Part shown: positions 7,516-14,154 of the stretch, piece by piece
Position numbering within the stretch: the stretch's first letter is position 1
Layout: every line of letters begins with the position of its first letter
Origin: Gemmatimonadota bacterium
Lineage (GTDB): Bacteria; Gemmatimonadota; Gemmatimonadetes; Palauibacterales; KS3-K002
Assembly: GCA_039586795.1 (NCBI GenBank)
Contig: JBDHJS010000069.1
Span: forward strand, 1-14,154
DNA length: 14,154 bases
Direction: 5' to 3'
Made by a program: the position numbers and the translations under genes
Notes under the pieces: model-generated
The model's database searches: none
Told to the model about the DNA's origin: nothing
The model's input: the letters and a program-made list of their open reading frames with translations, nothing else

Positions 7516-8217
7516 ATGTCACGCTCCAGCAAAGCCTTAGCCCTGTCGTTGCCCGAAGGGGTCGCCGCGCTAGCCCGGGCCAGCGAGCTGCGGAGCGCCG
7601 GGACCAGCGCCCTCGCCTGGCGACTGGGCTGGCCGGAGCTCGATGCCCTGCTGGGCGGTGTGCCCCGGGGGCAGGTGAGCGAGTGGGCGGGCGCGCGCTC
7701 GGCGGGCAAGACGGCGGCGCTGCGGCAGCTGGTGGCGGCGGTTCTCGAAGCAGGATCCGGCGCCGCTTATGTGGATGGTACGGGTACGCTGACTCCGGCG
7801 CCGTGGGTGTGGGGCCGAATGGGACCGGGCGGGGCTGCCCCCTTCTGGGTGGTGCGGCCGCCGGCGCCGGAGGGCGTATTGGCAGCGACGGACGAACTGA
7901 TCCGCAGTGGCGCGTTCGGTCTGGTGATCGCTGAGGGAGCCGACTGGACACGGACGCCGGTGGTACGATTGCAGCGGCTGGCCCGGGATACGGGCGCGGC
8001 GTTGGTGGCGGTGGTGGATCGACCGGGGGGTGTACCGCTGGCGGGTTTGCGGGTGCAATTCATTGCCGACCCAGGCTCGCGTACTTATCGCGTCCGGATG
8101 CGCGGCCAACTGGCCCGAGAGGTTTCATACGTCAACGAGCTCCCCTACCGCCTACCCGTCGATTCGGGGCTGGCCGACCGCCGCGGCGTCGAGCAGGAGC
8201 CGCGCTACCGCAAGTAA
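7516..8217 (+). CDS. imuA: ImuA-like RecA-fold protein
   Basis: LGWPELDALLGGVPRGQVSEWAGARSAGKT (P-loop), AAYVDGTGTL, WVVRP, ATDELIRSGAFGLVI, RLQRLARDTGAALV. At 233 aa from ATG 7516 (TTG 7510 alternative) it is too short and divergent for true RecA. Confidence 0.75.
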   Translation: MSRSSKALALSLPEGVAALARASELRSAGTSALAWRLGWPELDALLGGVPRGQVSEWAGARSAGKTAALRQLVAAVLEAGSGAAYVDGTGTLTPAPWVWGRMGPGGAAPFWVVRPPAPEGVLAATDELIRSGAFGLVIAEGADWTRTPVVRLQRLARDTGAALVAVVDRPGGVPLAGLRVQFIADPGSRTYRVRMRGQLAREVSYVNELPYRLPVDSGLADRRGVEQEPRYRK

Positions 8218-8232
8218 ATCTCTCCAACGCGA

Positions 8233-8261
8233 TTGCCGCGCCACGCGCCGTCCGGTAATAT
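8233..8261 (+). promoter_or_regulatory. sigma70-type promoter for the cytochrome b cluster
   Basis: TTGCCG 8233-8238, 17-bp spacer, TAATAT 8256-8261; 36 bp upstream of ATG 8298. Confidence 0.5.
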
Positions 8262-8297
8262 GGCACATCCTCAAACCACAGGACTGCCATACGACGG

Positions 8298-9704
8298 ATG
8301 TCGAAACGCCAGGAAGAAGAAACGGAGCAGGGCGAAGAACGCACCGGGCTGAGCGGACGCGTGTGGCGCTCCATCGTACGCGGTCCCATCCGGCCGCGTG
8401 ACGATCGCGATCGGATGTGGGTGATCGCGAACAACTTCATCCTCCACCTGAGACCCAAGAAGCTCCCGGCGCGGTCGTTACGGTACACGCATACGTTCGG
8501 TCTGGGCGGCATGTCGGCGGTGTTGTTCACGTTGCTTGTCGCGACGGGCATCCTCTTGATGTTCGTGTACGAGCCGTCGCCCGAGCGAGCCTATGACTCA
8601 ATCGTCGGCCTTCAGACCGAGGTCTTCTTCGGAAAGCTGGTGCGCAACGTTCATCACTGGAGCGCCAACTTTCTGATCGTCATCGTCGTACTCCATCTAT
8701 TGCGGGTCTACTTCAGTGTCGGTTACCGGGAGCCACGCCAATTCAACTGGGTGATCGGGTTGGTGCTGCTGCTCGGCGTCATCGCTTCGAACTTCACCGG
8801 CTACCTGCTACCCTGGGACCAACTTTCCTACTGGGCGATCACGATCAGCACCAGCATGATCGCCTACGTGCCGTTCATCGGTGGATGGCTGCAGGAAGTT
8901 GCCCGCGATGGCCCGGAGATCGGGGCGGCGACACTCATCAACTTCTACACGTTCCACACGACGGTCATCCCGGTGCTGCTGATCGTGTTCATGGGGTGGC
9001 ATTTCTGGCGCGTGCGGAAGGCCAAAGGGGTCGTCATCCCGCGGGCGCCGGGTGAGAAACTCGAGGATCAGCCCGAAGTCGTCGTCGCGTTGCCGCACCT
9101 GATCATGCGCGAGCTAGTGGTGGCCTTGATCCTCGTCGCCTTCGTTCTCTCGTTCTCTGTATTCATCAACGCGCCGTTGGGCGAAGCGGCCAACCCGGGG
9201 ATGAGTCCTAACCCGGCAAAGGCGCCTTGGTACTTCGTCGGCATCCAGGAGATGTTGCTCCATTTCCACCCGTTGTTTGCTGTCGTGATCATCCCGCTGG
9301 TCGCCTTCCTCGCGTTGCTGTTCATTCCGTACATGCGATACGACGATGACGTGGCCGGCGTGTGGTTCGTATCCCAGCGGGGCCGTCGTTTGGCAGTGAT
9401 CGCGGTGCTGGCAGCGCTCGTCATCACGCCGCTATGGGTGGTCGTCGATGAGTTCTGGATCGGCTCCAATGGCTGGTTGCCCGCAGCGCCACCGGCGATC
9501 AGCAACGGGCTGCTGCCGGTGGCGGTCATGGTGGGAGCCTTGATCGGGTTCGGCGCGTTGCTGAGGAAGCGGTTCTCGGCATCCCGAGATGAGGTTCTGC
9601 AGGCCGCCTTCGTTTTGCTCGCCGTCGCGTTCCTGGTGCTGACGCTGATTGGCGTATGGTTCCGTGGTGCGGGGATGGCGCTGACCTGGCCGTGGAACGT
9701 CTGA
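8298..9704 (+). CDS. Cytochrome b of a Rieske/cytochrome b complex (b6-like N domain fused to subunit-IV-like C domain)
   Basis: 468 aa. FGLGGM, TGILLMFVYEPS, heme ligands H119/H133 (RNVHHWSAN...LHLLRVY) and H220/H235 (FYTFH...WHFWRVRK), FTGYLLPWDQLSYWA, NPAKAPWYF. Confidence 0.95.
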   Translation: MSKRQEEETEQGEERTGLSGRVWRSIVRGPIRPRDDRDRMWVIANNFILHLRPKKLPARSLRYTHTFGLGGMSAVLFTLLVATGILLMFVYEPSPERAYDSIVGLQTEVFFGKLVRNVHHWSANFLIVIVVLHLLRVYFSVGYREPRQFNWVIGLVLLLGVIASNFTGYLLPWDQLSYWAITISTSMIAYVPFIGGWLQEVARDGPEIGAATLINFYTFHTTVIPVLLIVFMGWHFWRVRKAKGVVIPRAPGEKLEDQPEVVVALPHLIMRELVVALILVAFVLSFSVFINAPLGEAANPGMSPNPAKAPWYFVGIQEMLLHFHPLFAVVIIPLVAFLALLFIPYMRYDDDVAGVWFVSQRGRRLAVIAVLAALVITPLWVVVDEFWIGSNGWLPAAPPAISNGLLPVAVMVGALIGFGALLRKRFSASRDEVLQAAFVLLAVAFLVLTLIGVWFRGAGMALTWPWNV

Positions 9705-9723
9705 CATCAAAGGATCGATTGAT

Positions 9724-10236
9724 ATGAATGCGCAGGCCACAGAGCGAAACGAATCCGCTGACGATCAGTCATCGCGGAGAAGTTTTCTTTGGAAGCTGTG
9801 GCTTGGACTAGGCGGTGTGGCGCTGCTGGAATACGCCGGTCTCTTTGCCGACTTCTTGTGGCCGCGAAAACCGGCTGACGTGGATGATGGGGAAGTCGTC
9901 ATCGCGGGCGCCCTCGAGATGTTCGAGCTCGGCTCGGTCACGGCGTTTCCCAAGGGAAAGTTCTACCTGTCGCGCCTCGAGAACGGTGGCTTTCTGGCGG
10001 TGTCCCGGCAGTGCACGCATCTCGGGTGCACCGTTCCGTGGGATGCCGAACAGGGGCGTTTCGTCTGTCCCTGCCACGCGTCGGAGTATGACGCGCGTGG
10101 AGACGTCTTGAGTCCGCCGGCGCCGCGTGCGCTGGATACGTTCCCGGTGCGGATCGAGAACGGGATCGTGAAGGTGGATATCAGTGAACCTCGCAGACGT
10201 AGCTCATTTGAGTACGCTCAACTGACGATGCCGTAG
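9724..10236 (+). CDS. Rieske [2Fe-2S] subunit of Rieske/cytochrome b complex, Tat-anchored
   Basis: 170 aa. SRRSFL twin-arginine motif plus hydrophobic helix; box I CTHLGC (10012-10029); box [10 protein letters not shown] (10066-10089); proline loop PPAPRAL. Starts 19 bp after the cytochrome b stop. Confidence 0.95.
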   Translation: MNAQATERNESADDQSSRRSFLWKLWLGLGGVALLEYAGLFADFLWPRKPADVDDGEVVIAGALEMFELGSVTAFPKGKFYLSRLENGGFLAVSRQCTHLGCTVPWDAEQGRFVCPCHASEYDARGDVLSPPAPRALDTFPVRIENGIVKVDISEPRRRSSFEYAQLTMP

Positions 10237-10242
10237 GCGATC

Positions 10243-12537
10243 GTGGACGAAAACGCACTCGCCAGATGGAGAACAGCCGGGATCATCGCGTCGGCGGTGA
10301 TCGTGCTGACGATGCCCGTCTATGCAGTGAAGGAGAACCTGGCCCGTTCCCGCACCCGACCGCAGGATTCAGGCGTGGCGAGGTTCGTCGGGCGACAGAG
10401 CTGTGTCGAGTGTCACGAGGCGGCGTACGATGCGTGGCGGGGCTCCGATCACGACAACGCTATGGATGTGGCCTCCGACAGCACGGTGCGTGGCGACTTC
10501 GATGACGCGTACTTCGAGTTCGGTGATATCACGGCTCGTTTCTATCGACGGGATGGCAAGTTCTTCGTCTTCACCCAGGGTCCGGACGGCGAGCCGGGGG
10601 AGTTCGAGATCGCGTACACGTTTGGCGTCGAACCGCTCCAGCAATACCTGATCCCATTCCCTGGAGGTCGGCTGCAGTCGTTGACCATCGCCTGGGACAC
10701 GGAGCGCGAAGAGTGGTTCTATCTCTATCCCGAGGCGGACATCCCGTACGATGACTGGCTGCACTGGACGAGGGGCGGCCAGAATTGGAACGGCATGTGC
10801 GCCGAGTGCCACTCCACCAACCTGATCAAGAGCTACGACTTCGAGACCCGTACGTTCTCGACAACGTGGTCCGAGATCGATGTGAGTTGCGAGGCCTGTC
10901 ACGGACCCAGCTCGCGTCACGTGGAGTGGGCGGAGATACCGCCCATGGCGCGGCCGGATCTGGAGAACTACGGCCTCGTCATCCAGACGAGCGGCATCAC
11001 TTCGCGTCAACAAGTGGAGCTGTGCGCGCCCTGCCACTCGCGGCGCAGCGAGCTAGGCGACTACGACCACACGCGGCCGGATCTGCTCGACAACATCCAG
11101 CCGACGGTGTTGGAAGAAGGCCTTTACTTCGCCGACGGGCAGATCTTGGAAGAGGTGTACGTCTACGGTTCGTTCGTGCAGAGCAAGATGTTCAAGAACG
11201 ATGTGCGTTGCACCGATTGCCACGACGCCCACAGCATGGAGCTGCTGTTCGAGGGGAACGATCTGTGTGGGCAGTGCCATCGCGCCGACACCTACGACAG
11301 CTACGATCACCATTTCCATGAAGAAGTCGTCGACGGCCAGCCCAGCGAGGGCGTGCTCTGCGTGAAGTGCCACATGCCCGAGCGTCCCTACATGGTCGTC
11401 GACTGGCGCGCCGACCACAGTCTCCGCGTGCCGCGTCCCGACCTGACGCTGGAGGTCGGTGTGCCCAACGCGTGCAGCCAGAGCGGCTGCCACGACGATG
11501 AGTCGGACGAGTGGAACGCCGAGCACTACTACGAGTGGTACGGGATCGCCAAGAAGCCGCATTACGGAACCATCCTCGCGGCGGGCCGCCAGGCCGACCC
11601 GGAGGCCGAGGCGGATCTGATCCGACTGGCCGGCGATGCGCTCTATCCGGCGATCGTCCGAGCCACCGCGTTGTCGTTGCTGGGTGCCTATCCTGGAGAA
11701 GAGAGCACGGCCGCGTTCAACCGCGCGCTTCAGGACGAGGAGGCGCTGGTCCGCTACACGGCGGTAAACAGCGTTGCGCCCCAGAGCCTCGAGGACTTAG
11801 TGGAGCTGGTAGCACCGCTGCTGTTCGACCCTGTCCGCGCTGTGCGCATGCAGGCGGCGTCGAGACTGGTGGGCACACCGATCGAGTATCTGAGGCCTTA
11901 CCAGCAAGAAGCTCTGCAGGAAACCCTGGCCGAGTACACCGAGGCGATGGAGTATTCTCTCGACTTCGCGTTCGCCGGCCACAACCTGGGCAACCTGTAC
12001 TCGCGGCTCGACGACCGGCGGCGAGCAGAGACGTACTATCGGGCGGCGATCGAAATCGACGACCTGTTTTACCCGGCGAAGGCGAATCTGGCGATCCTTC
12101 TCAACTCGCAGGGGCGCAACGACGAAGCGGAAGCGCTGCTCCGGGATGTCGTCGAGGATTACCCCGAGGTCTACGACGCCGCGTACTCGTTGGGGTTGCT
12201 GCTGGCCGAGATGAATCGGTTGGGAGACGCAGTGGAGTTTCTACAGCGCGCTTCGGAAGGGATGCCGCAGCACTCCCGCGCTCACTACAACTACGGCCTC
12301 GCTCTGCAGTTCGCGGGACGTGATGACGAGGCGGAAGCCGCGTTGGAGAAGGCGTTGACCATCGAGCCCAACAACCTGGAATTCCTTTACGCCCTAGCCG
12401 ACTTCTACGTTCAACGTGGGAGGCTGCAGGAGGCTCTACCCATAGCAGATCGCATGATTGCCGAGCATCCCGATAGCCCGGTTGGCCGCGACGTGAAAGC
12501 CTACATCGAACGGGCACTCAGCGGTAGCGGCAACTAG
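10243..12537 (+). CDS. Membrane-anchored multiheme cytochrome c (7 CXXCH + 1 CX4CH) with HEAT-like and TPR repeats
   Basis: 764 aa, GTG start 6 bp after the Rieske stop. N-terminal TM/signal segment; CVECH, CAECH, CEACH, CAPCH, CTDCH, CGQCH, CVKCH, CSQSGCH; HEAT-like [36 protein letters not shown]; TPRs ([35 protein letters not shown]). Confidence 0.92.
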   Translation: MDENALARWRTAGIIASAVIVLTMPVYAVKENLARSRTRPQDSGVARFVGRQSCVECHEAAYDAWRGSDHDNAMDVASDSTVRGDFDDAYFEFGDITARFYRRDGKFFVFTQGPDGEPGEFEIAYTFGVEPLQQYLIPFPGGRLQSLTIAWDTEREEWFYLYPEADIPYDDWLHWTRGGQNWNGMCAECHSTNLIKSYDFETRTFSTTWSEIDVSCEACHGPSSRHVEWAEIPPMARPDLENYGLVIQTSGITSRQQVELCAPCHSRRSELGDYDHTRPDLLDNIQPTVLEEGLYFADGQILEEVYVYGSFVQSKMFKNDVRCTDCHDAHSMELLFEGNDLCGQCHRADTYDSYDHHFHEEVVDGQPSEGVLCVKCHMPERPYMVVDWRADHSLRVPRPDLTLEVGVPNACSQSGCHDDESDEWNAEHYYEWYGIAKKPHYGTILAAGRQADPEAEADLIRLAGDALYPAIVRATALSLLGAYPGEESTAAFNRALQDEEALVRYTAVNSVAPQSLEDLVELVAPLLFDPVRAVRMQAASRLVGTPIEYLRPYQQEALQETLAEYTEAMEYSLDFAFAGHNLGNLYSRLDDRRRAETYYRAAIEIDDLFYPAKANLAILLNSQGRNDEAEALLRDVVEDYPEVYDAAYSLGLLLAEMNRLGDAVEFLQRASEGMPQHSRAHYNYGLALQFAGRDDEAEAALEKALTIEPNNLEFLYALADFYVQRGRLQEALPIADRMIAEHPDSPVGRDVKAYIERALSGSGN

Positions 12538-12658
12538 TTGGCCAGGGGCGGTAGGGGCACCATCTCATCATACTTTTCGTTATACGAGGCCGATCTGCTG
12601 TGCGTGGGTGAGGCGAATCGATCTTGACGTACCGAATCGACAACTGGGAGGTTTCGGA

Positions 12659-14154
12659 ATGTCTGACGTAGCTAGCATCCCGACCAAGAAGACAAAGGTC
12701 GCAACGTGGAGTGAGCTGGGGGATCGACAGCCGGCCTACGCGCTCGTGGCCGATGTCGATCTTGTGGTGATTCGGTTCGATGATGATGTGTCGGTTCTCT
12801 ACGGACGTTGCCTGCACAGGGGGGCGCTGCTCGCCGACGGTTTCATATCAGGACACAACCTCATTTGCGGCGTGCACTACTGGGATTATCGGTACGACAC
12901 AGGCGTCAGCGAATACAGCAACGCCGAGGCGCTCCACAAGTTCAACGCCTGGATCGATGTCGATGACGACGCCGTGTACGTGGACGAGGAAGAGATCGCG
13001 GCCTGGGCAGTGGATCACCCGCAGCCGTACAAACGCGATCAATATCTGGGACTCTACGCCGACATCCACGGCACGCCGGACGAGCCTTACACCAAGCACA
13101 TCCAGGAATTGGCTCGGAACGGTCTGAGCAAGGTCGGGCACCACGGCAAGGTGTCGGCGATGGGTGTTCCGCGCTCCGAGTTGCCGCGGTGGGAAGACAT
13201 TCACGTATTGACGGCGCAGCTTTCCCGGCGGCCGCTGCTCGACGATGCTGAAGTGGGCACGGAGCTGGTGATCGGACCCAGAGCTCGCAAGCCGCTTCGG
13301 TTGACCATGCCGCTGTTCGTCAGCGATATGAGCTTCGGCGCTTTGAGTGAAGAGGCGAAGATCGCACTAGCGAGTGGTGCCGAGTTGGCGGGCACCGGCA
13401 TCTGCTCCGGTGAGGGCGGCATGTTACCCGAAGAGCGTGCCGCGAATTCGCGCTACTTCTATGAGCTGGCATCGGGGCGTTTCGGTTGGAGCCTGGATAA
13501 GGCGAAAGACGTGCAGGCGTTTCACTTCAAGGCGGGGCAGGGCGCCAAGACCGGCACCGGCGGACACCTCCCGGGTGAGAAGGTGAAGGGAAAGATCGCC
13601 CAGGTGCGCGGGCTCACCGAAGGCGAGCCGGCGATCAGTCCGGCGACGTTTCCCGATCTGGTCACGGTCGATGATTACCGAGCGGTGGCAGAACAAGTCC
13701 GTGATGTCTCGGGCGGCATTCCCGTCGGGTTCAAGATGTCGGCGCAGCACATCGAGGATGACATCGACTTCGCTCTCGACGTCGGCGTTGACTACATCAT
13801 CCTGGACGGCCGCGGCGGTGCTACGGGCGCGGCGCCAGAGATTTTCAAGAACAACATCTCCGTGCCCACCATCCCGGCGCTCTCCAGAGCTCGCCGCCAC
13901 CTCGATCGCTGCGAGCGCCAGGATGTGACGCTCATCATCACCGGCGGTCTGCGTACCGAATCGGACTTCGTGAAGGCCCTCGCCCTGGGCGCTGACGGCA
14001 TTGGCATCGCCAACTCGGCCATCCAGGCGATCGGTTGTCTCGCCATGCGCGCCTGCAACACGAACAACTGCCCCGTCGGCGTCGCCACCCAAAAGCCGGG
14101 GCTCCGTTCCCGGCTGGTCATCGAGTCGTCGGCCCAGCGGCTCTGTAACTACCT
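12659..14154 (+). CDS. Rieske-ferredoxin domain fused to glutamate-synthase FMN-binding domain (GltB2-like); 3' end outside window
   Basis: Not in the ORF track (no stop in window). GGGAGG at 12646-12651, ATG 12659: MSDVASIPTKKTKVATWSEL...GRCLHRGALLADGFISGHNLICGVHYWDY (C-x-H-x16-C-x2-H). Then PLFVSDMSFGALSEEAKIALA, GICSGEGG, FKAGQGAKTGTGGHLPGEKV, IPVGFKM, LDGRGGATGAAP, ITGGLRTESDFVKALALGAD, and CLAMRACNTNNCPVGVATQ ([3Fe-4S] motif, 14036-14071). Confidence 0.92.
   Translation, partial: MSDVASIPTKKTKVATWSELGDRQPAYALVADVDLVVIRFDDDVSVLYGRCLHRGALLADGFISGHNLICGVHYWDYRYDTGVSEYSNAEALHKFNAWIDVDDDAVYVDEEEIAAWAVDHPQPYKRDQYLGLYADIHGTPDEPYTKHIQELARNGLSKVGHHGKVSAMGVPRSELPRWEDIHVLTAQLSRRPLLDDAEVGTELVIGPRARKPLRLTMPLFVSDMSFGALSEEAKIALASGAELAGTGICSGEGGMLPEERAANSRYFYELASGRFGWSLDKAKDVQAFHFKAGQGAKTGTGGHLPGEKVKGKIAQVRGLTEGEPAISPATFPDLVTVDDYRAVAEQVRDVSGGIPVGFKMSAQHIEDDIDFALDVGVDYIILDGRGGATGAAPEIFKNNISVPTIPALSRARRHLDRCERQDVTLIITGGLRTESDFVKALALGADGIGIANSAIQAIGCLAMRACNTNNCPVGVATQKPGLRSRLVIESSAQRLCNY

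Noticed and set aside
7516..8217. Higher G+C of the imuA-like gene as evidence of horizontal transfer; also a recA call
   Set aside because: The Ala/Gly/Arg/Pro-rich composition explains the G+C and there are no mobility genes or flanking repeats. The protein lacks RecA length and signature motifs.
8261..8275. TGGCAC upstream of cytochrome b as a sigma54 site
   Set aside because: No GC at the -12 position; a well-spaced sigma70-type promoter explains the region.
9706..9723. ATCAA-N8-TTGAT as an FNR box
   Set aside because: Half-sites are in reverse order with the wrong spacing (FNR is TTGAT-N4-ATCAA) and lie inside an operon junction; at most a weak hairpin around the RBS.
12531..12640. Palindrome CAACTAGTTG (12531-12540), TCGT-TAT-ACGA and the CGAATCGA direct repeat (12614, 12633)
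   Set aside because: Short, with no recognisable operator or terminator architecture; compatible with chance.
1..14154. CRISPR array, tRNA/rRNA, IS/integrase, or defence and retroelement genes
   Set aside because: No spaced repeats, RNA gene signatures, or transposase, RT or nuclease motifs were seen; nearly all sequence is explained by the listed CDSs.

Overview
GC-rich bacterial chromosomal window; the gene mix is suggestive of Gemmatimonadota/Acidobacteriota (inference only). Left: a MacA/HlyD-type adaptor plus a MacB/LolD-type ABC ATPase on the - strand, the ATPase broken by a frameshift inside Walker A. Divergent from these is an ADOP-type duplicated ABC permease; the 386-bp spacer holds sigma54-like promoters and two copies of a ~40-bp tandem-dyad operator. 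Middle: a membrane-spanning SARP/BTAD regulator with propeller, Ig-like and lectin-like domains, then an imuA-like RecA-fold gene with a LexA-type direct repeat over its -10 box but no adjacent imuB/dnaE2. Right: an atypical redox cluster of fused cytochrome b (APWY instead of PEWY), Tat-exported Rieske protein and membrane-anchored 7-8-heme cytochrome c with HEAT/TPR repeats, followed by a Rieske-ferredoxin/glutamate-synthase FMN-domain fusion that runs off the window and is absent from the ORF track. No RNA genes, CRISPR arrays or mobile elements were seen.
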